The notes under the pieces are model-generated. The model worked only from the letters and a program-made list of their open reading frames with translations, had not been told where the DNA came from and did not search any database. 18,665 nt of DNA from Phycisphaerae bacterium. Its GTDB lineage: Bacteria > Planctomycetota > Phycisphaerae > Phycisphaerales > SM1A02. Shown piece by piece: positions 6,957 through 15,042 of this stretch. The stretch is from contig PKCT01000011.1 of NCBI GenBank assembly GCA_002862325.1, forward strand, positions 1-18,665. The letters are read 5' to 3'. The position numbers and the translations under genes are program-made. Positions within the stretch are counted from its first letter, which is position 1. Each line of letters opens with the position of its first letter.

Positions 6957-8174
6957 TCACGGATCGCCGCTTTGGAGCGAGCGAGCGGCGGCCATCGCAT
7001 CCTCTCGGGACGACAGCTCCCCCTCCAACTGACGGTCGTAGAGATCGTGGAGCACCTGTCCCAGGCCGGGGCCCGGTACGAAGCCGAGCTTGACGAGGTC
7101 GTCGCCGGACACCAGCGGAACTGGTGCCAGGCCGGTCACCCGCAGCCCCTCGACGTCGGCCAGGACGTCCGCGACGACCTCCGGCGCCTCCGCTCGAAGA
7201 ATCCGGATGGACCGAGCGAAGGACGGATGCACGGCGAGACGCTTTCTGGCCGCGATCCCCAGGGACGGCCAGGAAGACAGGATCCGCTCGCGAATCTCCA
7301 TCACGTCGAGGAGCGTCTGTCGCTCCGCGTTCGAAAGGACCAGCGCCCCGGTGAGACGGCCATCCAGTTCCGATGGGTCGGCGTGGCCACGATCGATCTC
7401 CCACCGAGCGAGCCGATCGATCCATTCGACGTCCGCATCATGCAACGGATCCGTCGTCGGTTCGCCCAACGCCCGCTCCCGCCCGAGCACCGCCCGATCG
7501 AGTCCCGCCTCCTCGAGCAGCGCCGTCGCGACCCGCCAGGACGGATCGCCCAACATGCGACGAAGCTCGTGCCCGATTCGTTCGGTGCTCACCGCCCCCA
7601 GTCGATCGACCCTCGCGACCATCGCGGCGAAGGTGTCCCGATCGATCTTGAAGTCGAATCGAGCGGCGAAGCGGACCGCCCGCAGAATGCGGAGTCGGTC
7701 CTCCTCGAATCTGGCGTCCGGGTCGCCGATCGCGCGAACCACCCCTCGTTCGAGGTCATCGAGCCCGCCGACGTGATCGATGACCTCTCCGGATTCCGGA
7801 TCCTCGAACAGGCCGTTGATCGAGAAGTCCCGACGTCGAGCATCGGCTTCCGCGCTGCCGAAGGTGACCGATTCCGGTCGACGTCCGTCGTGATAGACGC
7901 CGTCGGTGCGGAAGGTCGCCACTTCGATCAAGTGCTCGCCCATCGGGACCAACATCACGCCGAAATGAACGCCGACACCGCGAGCACGAGGAAAGATCAC
8001 CTCGACCTCGTCCGGCGTCGCCGAGGTCGCGATGTCGACGTCCACCGCATCGATCCCGAGCAGCCGGTCTCGAACGCAGCCACCCGCGAAGAAGGTCTCG
8101 AATCCCGCCTCGCGCAGACGAGACGCGATGTCACGCGCGGCATGCCGCACCGACGTCGCTTCCTCACGATTCAT
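6957..8174 (-). CDS. cca: CCA-adding tRNA nucleotidyltransferase / poly(A) polymerase family enzyme (head and neck domains, no HD domain)
   Basis: ATG at 8174..8172 gives MNREEATSVRH... The motifs are FFAGGCVRDRLLG..DVDIATSATPDEV..FP; FRTDGVYHDGRRPESVTFGSAEADARRRDFSINGLF; and RAIGDPDARFEEDRLRILRAVRFAARF. These are the class II nucleotidyltransferase signatures 'GG-VRD-LLG-DID', 'RRDFTINA' and 'ED-LR-LRA-RFA-L'. The start overlaps the plsC stop by 11 nt. Confidence 0.9.
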   Translation of the reverse strand: MNREEATSVRHAARDIASRLREAGFETFFAGGCVRDRLLGIDAVDVDIATSATPDEVEVIFPRARGVGVHFGVMLVPMGEHLIEVATFRTDGVYHDGRRPESVTFGSAEADARRRDFSINGLFEDPESGEVIDHVGGLDDLERGVVRAIGDPDARFEEDRLRILRAVRFAARFDFKIDRDTFAAMVARVDRLGAVSTERIGHELRRMLGDPSWRVATALLEEAGLDRAVLGRERALGEPTTDPLHDADVEWIDRLARWEIDRGHADPSELDGRLTGALVLSNAERQTLLDVMEIRERILSSWPSLGIAARKRLAVHPSFARSIRILRAEAPEVVADVLADVEGLRVTGLAPVPLVSGDDLVKLGFVPGPGLGQVLHDLYDRQLEGELSSREDAMAAARSLQSGDP

Positions 8175-8913
8175 CGGTGGCGTCCTCGCGACCCGCGAAG
8201 GGAAGGTCACCGGGCCCGGCGGGCGGGTACGCGGGACCGAATCTCGCCCGCAGCCTGGATCGACACCGAAGTCGAAGGGCGTCGACCTCGGTCTCGAGAC
8301 GACGAAGAGCCGCGGAGGTTCCAAGCTCCAGCAACGCCTTCGAATCGATCGGCTCGCCGACCTCGGTCTCGATCGGACGCCTCAGATTCGGACGCGACGA
8401 CGTTCGTGGCCAGGTTTCGAAGGCTCCGTCCATGCCAACGGGCACGACCGTGGCCTTGGAACGCTTCAGAAGAATCGACACCCCCGATTGGAAGGTTGCC
8501 AACGCGCCGTCGAAGGTACGTCCCCCCTCGGGATATATCAGAACGCTCCGGCCGGCATCGAGCTCCGCGAGTGCGGCTCGCATGGAGCTCTTGTCGCCCG
8601 CCCCCCCCGCGACCGGGATCGCCCCCAGGGAACGGATGATCGTTCCTAGAGGGCCGCGAAACAGCGTCTCGCGGGCGAAGGGACGAAACGGTCGGTCGCG
8701 AACCGCCGCCGCGTTGATGGCGGGATCGAGGAACGACTGGTGGTTGGAGACGAAGATCAGCGGACCGGTCCGGGGAATGCGATGCCGGCCGTGGACTCGA
8801 AGTCCGAAGAGCACGTGCAGACTCACCGTCGCGACCCGCTCGCAGAAGTCCCACCACAGCACGGCGTACCAGGCACGACCGGGCGCTCGTCGAAGGAACT
8901 GCAATCGCTTCAT
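8164..8913 (-). CDS. plsC: 1-acyl-sn-glycerol-3-phosphate acyltransferase
   Basis: ATG at 8913..8911 gives MKRLQFLRRAPGRAWYAVLWW... Motif I is the NHxxxxD box (IFVSNHQSFLDP). Motif III is the PEG box (LIYPEGGRT). The start overlaps the cmk stop in an ATGA arrangement at 8913..8910. Confidence 0.9.
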   Translation of the reverse strand: MKRLQFLRRAPGRAWYAVLWWDFCERVATVSLHVLFGLRVHGRHRIPRTGPLIFVSNHQSFLDPAINAAAVRDRPFRPFARETLFRGPLGTIIRSLGAIPVAGGAGDKSSMRAALAELDAGRSVLIYPEGGRTFDGALATFQSGVSILLKRSKATVVPVGMDGAFETWPRTSSRPNLRRPIETEVGEPIDSKALLELGTSAALRRLETEVDALRLRCRSRLRARFGPAYPPAGPGDLPFAGREDATDES

Positions 8914-9644
8914 GAGACGTCGCCGTGATCGCGGATCCGATCGAGGATCCGATCGACCACGTCTTCGAGCGAGAGATGGTCCGTGTCGATCTCGATCGCA
9001 CCGTCGGGCTTCACCAGTGGAGCGTCCGTCCTCGATCGATCGAGCCGGTCGCGCGCCTCCATTGATGCGAGAATCTCCTGCCGGTCCACGATCTGCCCCT
9101 CCCTCTCGCGCTGCGCGACGCGTCGATCCGCGCGAATGCCCGCGGACGCGGTGAGGTAGAACCGAAGCGTGGCGTCGGGGAAGACCGTCGATCCCTGGTC
9201 ACGCCCCTCGGTCACCAATCGAGGGTGACGTTCCGCGATCTCCCGCTGCTTCTCGACGAGGCGTGTACGAACCTGCGGCAGCGCCGCCACGGTGGACACG
9301 ATGCGCTCGACCGCGGCGGATCGCAGCGCCTCCCCCGGATCGACGCCTCCGACCAGAATGTGGACGGGGCGATGCGAGAGATCGAGATCGATCGAATGGG
9401 CGTCGAGGGTGGCGATCACCTCCCGCTCGTCGCCTGGATCGATGCCGTACTTCAAGACGAGCCACGCCACGCCTCGATACATCGCCCCGGTGTCGAGCAC
9501 GAAGAGGCCGACCCGGTCCGCGACCACACGCGCCACGGACGACTTGCCGGTTCCCGCCGGACCGTCGATGGTCACGATCAGGCGAGACGATCCCGACGCA
9601 TCGGTACGGCGATCCGTCTTCGGATCCGTCGCGTCGTCCACCAT
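8910..9644 (-). CDS. cmk: Cytidylate kinase
   Basis: ATG at 9644..9642 gives MVDDATDPKTDRRTDASGSSRLIVTIDGPAGTGKSSVARVVADRVGLFVLDTGAMYR.., with the Cmk P-loop 'I-IDGP-G-GK' and 'DTGAMYR'. The upstream in-frame extension of the ORF-track entry, to 10334, is Arg/Gly-rich junk. The start overlaps the stop of the upstream gene by 1 nt (TGATG at 9646..9642). Confidence 0.9.
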   Translation of the reverse strand: MVDDATDPKTDRRTDASGSSRLIVTIDGPAGTGKSSVARVVADRVGLFVLDTGAMYRGVAWLVLKYGIDPGDEREVIATLDAHSIDLDLSHRPVHILVGGVDPGEALRSAAVERIVSTVAALPQVRTRLVEKQREIAERHPRLVTEGRDQGSTVFPDATLRFYLTASAGIRADRRVAQREREGQIVDRQEILASMEARDRLDRSRTDAPLVKPDGAIEIDTDHLSLEDVVDRILDRIRDHGDVS

Positions 9645-10543
9645 CACGGCTCGGCATCCTCGGCCGCCGTCGCTTCGGATGCAGCCGCGTCGGGCCCGCC
9701 GGCATCCTCTTCCCCGTCGTCCTCCGCCTCCGCGGTCAACGCGGACTCGATCGTCTCTCGGGCGGCGATGATGGCGTCCGCCGCGTTGGGGCCACCCGCA
9801 TGGTCGAGGCAGATCGCATGCTGGTACCCCACGGCGAGGATCGCCTCGAGGCCCTCGATCAGGTTGTACGGCGTCTTGTCGGACCTGGCCACCGCGGGCT
9901 TCTCGTCGGCGGACTTGCCGACCCGGGCGAGAATCGTCCCCGCGTAGGGGGCGAGGCGTCGAAGCGTCCCGGTGAAGTCGCCCGAATCGTGCGCGAACCG
10001 GAAGTCCGGGAGCGATCCGATCCGGAACCCACCGATCTTCTTGATCAGCTCGGTCAATCGGTCCGGTGACTGGGCGAGTCCCATCCTGGCTTCGATGAGC
10101 AGCCCCACATCGAATCGATCGATGAGCTGCATGGCTTCCCTGAACGTCGTCGCCGCGAGTTCGAAGGCATCGTCCTCGTCCTTGCCCGAGATCGAGACCC
10201 CCAGATGGGCACAGCCGAGCATGTTCGCAGCCCGTGCCAGGCGACCGATCCGCTCGACCCCGGCCGCGCGGATCGCGGGATCGACGGACGCGAGGTCCAG
10301 CGGCTCGACCTCCTGGAGCAGAAGCATCGGACACCGGGCCTTGTCACCCGCATCGCGAAGGCGTTCCAAGCCGGCGGCATCACGACCGGCGAGGATCGAG
10401 GCCGGAACCGACAAGCCTCGAACGCCGAGCTCGGACGCGCCGAACTGGGGCATGTCCTCCAGAGTCAACGCGTCCTCGTCGCCCTCCAGCCGTGAGCGAA
10501 ACGAATCTACGGATGCGGTGACCAGCAGTTGAATCTGTGCCAA
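9644..10543 (-). CDS. Xylose-isomerase-like TIM-barrel protein (sugar phosphate isomerase/epimerase family) with an acidic low-complexity C-terminal tail
   Basis: ORF 9644..10543(-). The start at 10543..10541 is TTG, preceded by GAAGAGGAGTTCGTTC with a GAGGAG SD 7 nt upstream. The first in-frame ATG (peptide MPQFGAS) is 30 codons downstream. Sequence ..GVERIGRLARAANMLGCAHLGVSISG..FDVGLLIEARMG.. resembles the AP-endonuclease-2/xylose-isomerase-like barrel. The C-terminus is TAEAEDDGEEDAGGPDAAASEATAAEDAEP. The functional assignment is weak. Confidence 0.5.
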   Translation of the reverse strand: MAQIQLLVTASVDSFRSRLEGDEDALTLEDMPQFGASELGVRGLSVPASILAGRDAAGLERLRDAGDKARCPMLLLQEVEPLDLASVDPAIRAAGVERIGRLARAANMLGCAHLGVSISGKDEDDAFELAATTFREAMQLIDRFDVGLLIEARMGLAQSPDRLTELIKKIGGFRIGSLPDFRFAHDSGDFTGTLRRLAPYAGTILARVGKSADEKPAVARSDKTPYNLIEGLEAILAVGYQHAICLDHAGGPNAADAIIAARETIESALTAEAEDDGEEDAGGPDAAASEATAAEDAEP

Positions 10544-10867
10544 GAACGAACTCCTCTTCGAATATCAGCACCAGCAGAGGTCGGAGTGTACGGGGTCGAC
10601 ACGCGACCAGTCCGAGCGGCGTAGCTCGTACGCTCCCTCTCATCGGCATCGGTGGCATCCATCATTCAACCTGCCCACCCCGTTCATCGCCTGGGGTCTC
10701 GAAACGTGAGTCAACCGGCCTACCGGTTATCAGACGTAGACACGCTTCGGTTGAGCCGGAAGAGCCTAAACGCCCCGCATGATCCGAAGATCGGATTCCA
10801 GGCACGACCCAGAGAGACTGACAGGATGTCGAATGACCCTGCGCTCGTGTTTTCCGACAAAAAGAAA

Positions 10868-10889
10868 GCACCGACGCGAGCGTCGGTGC
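10868..10889. terminator. Orphan intrinsic-terminator-like hairpin, functional in either orientation and stronger on the minus strand
   Basis: GCACCGACG-CGAG-CGUCGGUGC, a perfect 9-bp GC-rich stem at 10868..10876 and 10881..10889. On the plus strand it is followed by TTTCC. On the minus strand it is followed by UUUCUUUUUGUCGG, the complement of 10853..10867. No CDS on either strand ends next to it. Confidence 0.45.
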
Positions 10890-10894
10890 TTTCC

Positions 10895-11138
10895 GGAGGG
10901 GAGAAAGATCAATGTTGAGGCTGAGAACAGCCACCCAAACTGTATCACTCAGAAATGCCCCTCGCAACAAACGACGAGCCTGCTTTCCGCAAATGGGGCA
11001 TCCTCCCACCATGGGGATATCGACGCGGAATCCAGGCTCGGCAAGACGGGTGTGAGGCCGCCTGGAGGGGTCGCTATGATTCGCCGCGTACGCGGGCCGC
11101 GCGGTTCCCGCAAGACCCCCACCCCTCTGGAGACCCTC
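10895..11138 (+). promoter_or_regulatory. Structured 5' leader of gcvH, a candidate riboswitch or attenuator (possibly glycine-riboswitch-like)
   Basis: About 245 nt of non-coding sequence lie between the orphan hairpin and the gcvH ATG. They carry repeated GGAGGGG / CCCCUC / CCUCCC elements at 10897..10903, 11064..11070, 11002..11008 and 11122..11127. There is a CCGCG-UA-CGCGG hairpin at 11083..11094. A CUCUGGAGA segment at 11125..11133 contains the gcvH SD (GGAG, 7 nt before the ATG). Only loose resemblance to the glycine-riboswitch 'GGAGAG...ACCGAAGG...CUCUGGAGA' pattern can be seen by eye. Confidence 0.25.
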
Positions 11139-11516
11139 ATGTCGAGTCCCGCCGACCGGACCTATTCCGAATCCCACGAGTGGTTCCACCGAGAGGGTGA
11201 TCTGGTGACGATAGGAATCACGGTCCACGCTACAGAGGCGTTGACCGACATCACCTACGTGGAGATGAAGCCGACCGGCACGGAACTCTCTCCCGGAGAT
11301 TCGGTCGGCGAGGTCGAATCGGTCAAGACGACCAGCGACATCTACACGGCGGTTGCCGGAGAAGTCGCCGAAGTCAACCAATCCGTGGTCGATGATCCCT
11401 CTCTGGTGAACTCGGACCCTTACGGAGATGGATGGCTGGTCCGAATCAAGGTCGCCGACGCCGGACCGCTCGAGTCGCTGATGAACGCCTCCGCGTACGA
11501 CTCGATGAACGGCTGA
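11139..11516 (+). CDS. gcvH: Glycine cleavage system H protein (lipoyl carrier)
   Basis: ATG at 11139 gives MSSPADRTYSESHEWFHREGDLVTIGITVHATEALTDITYVEMKPTGTELSPGDSVGEVESVKTTSDIYTAVAGEVAEVN...DPYGDGWLVRIKV. The lipoyl-lysine 'ESVK' motif is present. TGA at 11514..11516. Confidence 0.92.
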   Translation: MSSPADRTYSESHEWFHREGDLVTIGITVHATEALTDITYVEMKPTGTELSPGDSVGEVESVKTTSDIYTAVAGEVAEVNQSVVDDPSLVNSDPYGDGWLVRIKVADAGPLESLMNASAYDSMNG

Positions 11517-11596
11517 AAACCGAATCTTCGACGCGGGCGTGCGGATCTAGACCACGCCGGACACCGAACACGGAATCCGTGACCCTCGTTGAGACC

Positions 11597-12361
11597 ATGA
11601 AGACACCGCAGCCGACCGAAACCTTCCGGGGCATCGATGTCCGGAACCTCCAGAAGGCGTACCGCCTCGGAAGTGGTTCGGTTCCCGCGATCCGTGGTCT
11701 GGACCTGCAGATTCACGAGCCCGGCCTGGTCGGCGTGATGGGTCCCAGTGGCAGCGGCAAGTCCACACTGCTCCACCTCCTGGGCGGACTCGACCGTCCC
11801 GACGCGGGTGAGATTCGAGTGGGCGAAACACGCATCGACACGATGCGCGAGCGTGAGCTCACCTCGTTTCGGCGACACGGGGTCGGCATCATCTTCCAGC
11901 AGTTCAACCTGATGGCCTCGATGACCGCGCTCGAGAACGTCTTGCTGCCCGCCGTGCTCGACGGACGACAGCCCGAGAGGATGTCCGCCCGGGCGGCGTC
12001 CCTGCTCGAGGACCTCGGACTCTCCGACCGCATGGGACATCGTCCCGACGCCCTTTCGGGTGGCGAGCAGCAGCGGGTGGCCATCGCGCGGGCCCTCCTC
12101 TTCGAACCGCCTGTCGTCCTCGCCGACGAGCCCACCGGCGCCCTGGACAGTGCGGCGAGTGATCGTCTCTGGGGACTGCTCGACGATCTGTCAAGATCGC
12201 GTCGCGTCCTCATTCTCATGGTGACGCACGAACCCGCCGCCGCCACCCACTGCCGTCACCTCTACGTGCTTCGGGACGGACGAGTCGCCGACGACTTCGC
12301 CACGGAAGGGATGGATGCGATCGAGCTGGCACATCGCGCGACACGCCCTGTCCGGGCGTAG
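11597..12361 (+). CDS. ABC transporter ATP-binding protein, MacB/LolD/FtsE type
   Basis: ATG at 11597 (MKTPQPTETFRGIDVRNLQKAY..), in frame with ORF 11432..12361. Walker A is GPSGSGKST. The ABC signature is LSGGEQQRVAIARAL. Walker B is VVLADEPTGALD. The H-loop is MVTHE. TAG at 12359..12361. Confidence 0.92.
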   Translation: MKTPQPTETFRGIDVRNLQKAYRLGSGSVPAIRGLDLQIHEPGLVGVMGPSGSGKSTLLHLLGGLDRPDAGEIRVGETRIDTMRERELTSFRRHGVGIIFQQFNLMASMTALENVLLPAVLDGRQPERMSARAASLLEDLGLSDRMGHRPDALSGGEQQRVAIARALLFEPPVVLADEPTGALDSAASDRLWGLLDDLSRSRRVLILMVTHEPAAATHCRHLYVLRDGRVADDFATEGMDAIELAHRATRPVRA

Positions 12362-14921
12362 AACCCGAACGGTTCTGCTCGTGATCGCCGTCGGCCTGGC
12401 CGCCGCGCTGGTGGCCGCCGTATCGACCGGCTTGCGCACGGTCCAGGCCACGGTCGAGTACCGCATCTCCCGGTCGATTGGAGATGTCGACGCCCGAATC
12501 GTCCACCGCTACGGATCCCCCTTCGATCCTGCCATAGCGGACGAGGTCCGCACCTGGACGGGCGTCCGCGACTCCGCAGCCCGTACCGAGGGGGCGATTA
12601 CCCTCGCCAGAACCGATGATCGCCGAGATCGCGATGGCCGCCGACTGCGAATCACGGTCCAGGCCCGCGGCGTCGATGCGAGCCGCCAAGATGCGTTCAA
12701 TCAGTACGACCTCCTGGAGGGTCGCGTCCCGACGAACGCCGAGGAGATCCTGGTCGATCCGTTGACCGCGGAGCGGCTTCAGATCGGCATTGGAGAACGC
12801 GTTCGCATCGAACGATTCGGCGATCCGATCGAACTCGAGGTCGTCGGCGTGCGCGATCGACCCATCCTGGGTGCGCTCCAGAAGCCGAAGGTCCTGCTCG
12901 ATGGATCGGTCATCGACGAGGCGACCGGCCGACGCGGGCGCGCGTCGATGATCTCGATCCTGCTGGAGGAGGGCCTGGACGTCCCGGCCTGGGTGGAGGC
13001 GAACGCGGAGAGGATCGAAAGCCCTCTCCTCCTCGAGGCGGCCGAGCGGGCCCGCGCGGGCTACGACCGCCAGGTCCGCGCGTCCCAGGTCGGCTTCCGA
13101 GTCGGCATCATCGTCGCCTTCCTCGCCTGCGCCTTCATCGTCGCCATCGGGATGACGACCGCGATCGGCGAGCAGATTCGTCAGTTGGGCATGTTGCGAT
13201 GCATCGGCGCATCCCGCTGGCAACTCGGCGGATCCCAGGCGATGGTGGGGATGCTCATCGGCGGGATCGGGGCCGCGATCGGCACGCCCTTCGGAATTCT
13301 GCTGGCGGCGATCCTCCGCTGGTGGTACGCGGATCTCCTTCCCGGCGGACTCGCCGTTCCGCTGGAGGGAGTCGTGTCGGCGATGCTCGGCGCGATCCTC
13401 GCGGGCCTTCTCGGCGCCGCATGGCCCGCGTGGCGTGCGGCGACCGCGAGCCCTCTCGAGGCGCTTGCCAACCGCGCCAAGATCATGAAGCACTCGGCGC
13501 CGTACTGGTTCGCCGCCTTCGGTGTCGGTCTGGCCCTGATCCAGGTCGTGCTCCTGTTGATCCCGAACCCCGACGTTCGTTTCCTGGTGTACGCGTTCAT
13601 CGGCCTCCCCGCGGTGCACGTCGGCTACTTCCTCCTCGCCGTTCCGGTCTTCGCGGTGACCGCCCTGCTCCTGTCACGGCCGCTCGCGAAGATCTTCGCG
13701 CTCCCCTACGCCCTGCTTGCGGGGAATCTTCGGAGCGGGACCGTGCGACTCGGAATGACCGCCGGAGCGCTGATGGTCGGCCTTTCGGTGCTCGTCTCGA
13801 CCTGGAGCAACGGACTCGCGCTGGTCGAGGACTTCCGCGAGCGGGTGCGATTCGCCGACGGATTCGTGATGAAGACCGGCGGACTCGGCGTCGCGGAACA
13901 GGATCTCATCCGATCGATGCCCCACGTCGCGAACGCGAGCCCGGTGGGGTACCTCCCACTCCGGGTCGCGGAGAAGGATCGCCTGGGCACGGGCGACATG
14001 GCTCCACCGAACGTGGTCTGCGTGGGTTTCGTTCCGGAGGAGTTCCTGAGCTTCAACCGGATCGACTGGATCGAAGGGGATGCATCGACCGCCATTCCGA
14101 GGCTCACCGACGGAGACGCCGTCCTGGTCGCGAAGGAGTTTCTCACCGCGCGCGGACTCGGGGTCGGCGATGTCATCACGCTCGGCGCCGTCGGGGACGA
14201 GCACGACTTCGAGATCGTCGGCGTGGTCGGCGCGGCCGGTCTCGACATGGCGACCGGCGTCTTCGGAATCCGCAGCGTCTATCTCGAACATGCCGTGAGC
14301 TGCGTCTTCATGGACTTCGAGACCGTGGCGTCGCGATTCGGGACGCGGGAAGCGTTCATCATGCAACTCAACCTCGACCTCCCGGCGGACGACGACGCGG
14401 CGGACGCGGCGGAGGCGGATCTCGCGCAATCGATCCGAGAGGAGATCCCCGGCGCCATCTTCGCGAGTGGTCGCGAGATCAAGGCCCTGGTCGAGGAGAT
14501 CGGCGGCAAGGTTCTCGCCGTGACCGCTTCGATCGCGATTGCGGCGCTGCTGCTCGCGTCGCTCGGCGTCGGCAACGTGGTCGCGGCGGGCATCACCGCT
14601 CGAGGCTTCGAGTTCGGGGTCCTGCGTGCCGTCGGCGGCGCCGCCGAAGTGGGTCCGCGACTGGTGCTCGCCGAGATCGCCGCCACCGGCGTCGCGGCGG
14701 TCGTCACCGGTACCGCGTTGGGCGTCCATCTCGCCTGGATCGGCGTGCTCATGTACGAGGATCTCGCGGGGATCGACCTTTCCCTCAGGATTCCCGTGGC
14801 GGCGACTGCGATCGGAGCCGTCGTCGTGGTCGGGCTCGCCCTGTTCGCGAGCCTCCCCGCCTCGTTGGCGCTGAAACGGCGGTCCCCGCGGGTCCTGCTC
14901 TCGACCGGCCGCGCAGGCTGA
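12315..14921 (+). CDS. FtsX-like ABC transporter permease, long form (868 aa, two FtsX/MacB-type modules)
   Basis: ATG at 12315 gives MRSSWHIARHALSGRRTRTVLLVIAVGLAAALVAAV.., the 'L-NL-R---RT-LT--GIA-GVA' opening of FtsX-family permeases. It overlaps the ATPase gene by 47 nt. Two sets of hydrophobic helices are separated by a large periplasmic domain. The C-terminal module reads ..LAVTASIAIAALLLASLGVGN..RGFEFGVLRAVGG. Confidence 0.85.
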   Translation: MRSSWHIARHALSGRRTRTVLLVIAVGLAAALVAAVSTGLRTVQATVEYRISRSIGDVDARIVHRYGSPFDPAIADEVRTWTGVRDSAARTEGAITLARTDDRRDRDGRRLRITVQARGVDASRQDAFNQYDLLEGRVPTNAEEILVDPLTAERLQIGIGERVRIERFGDPIELEVVGVRDRPILGALQKPKVLLDGSVIDEATGRRGRASMISILLEEGLDVPAWVEANAERIESPLLLEAAERARAGYDRQVRASQVGFRVGIIVAFLACAFIVAIGMTTAIGEQIRQLGMLRCIGASRWQLGGSQAMVGMLIGGIGAAIGTPFGILLAAILRWWYADLLPGGLAVPLEGVVSAMLGAILAGLLGAAWPAWRAATASPLEALANRAKIMKHSAPYWFAAFGVGLALIQVVLLLIPNPDVRFLVYAFIGLPAVHVGYFLLAVPVFAVTALLLSRPLAKIFALPYALLAGNLRSGTVRLGMTAGALMVGLSVLVSTWSNGLALVEDFRERVRFADGFVMKTGGLGVAEQDLIRSMPHVANASPVGYLPLRVAEKDRLGTGDMAPPNVVCVGFVPEEFLSFNRIDWIEGDASTAIPRLTDGDAVLVAKEFLTARGLGVGDVITLGAVGDEHDFEIVGVVGAAGLDMATGVFGIRSVYLEHAVSCVFMDFETVASRFGTREAFIMQLNLDLPADDDAADAAEADLAQSIREEIPGAIFASGREIKALVEEIGGKVLAVTASIAIAALLLASLGVGNVVAAGITARGFEFGVLRAVGGAAEVGPRLVLAEIAATGVAAVVTGTALGVHLAWIGVLMYEDLAGIDLSLRIPVAATAIGAVVVVGLALFASLPASLALKRRSPRVLLSTGRAG

Positions 14922-15042
14922 CGATTACTTGCAAGAATTCCGGGCCTTCCGTGTCTTTTGGCGATACAACGGTGGTCGAGGTCGCATCAGGGAATCGCTT
15001 TGAGACGACAAAACACCGAAGCTTCCATCTATTCGTGAGACA

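Noticed and set aside
10790-10812. tRNA-like T-loop fragments: GATCGGATTCC at about 10796 and TCGAATCCGCG at about 16750
   Set aside because: They only partly match the GGTTCGAATCC consensus. No acceptor stem, D-arm or anticodon arm can be built around them. No tRNA or tmRNA is called.
10895-11138. Confident call of a tandem glycine riboswitch upstream of gcvH
   Set aside because: The conserved cores ACCGAAGGRGCAA, CUCUCAGGC and AAGGACAG are not present in recognisable form. Only generic GGAG/CUCUGGAGA elements appear. It was downgraded to a low-confidence structured leader pending a covariance-model search.
14380-14425. GAC/GCG-rich simple-sequence tract (gcggacgacgacgcggcggacgcggcggaggcggat)
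   Set aside because: It lies inside the permease CDS and encodes an acidic Ala/Asp linker (ADDDAADAAEAD) in the periplasmic domain. This is codon-level low complexity, not an independent repeat element.
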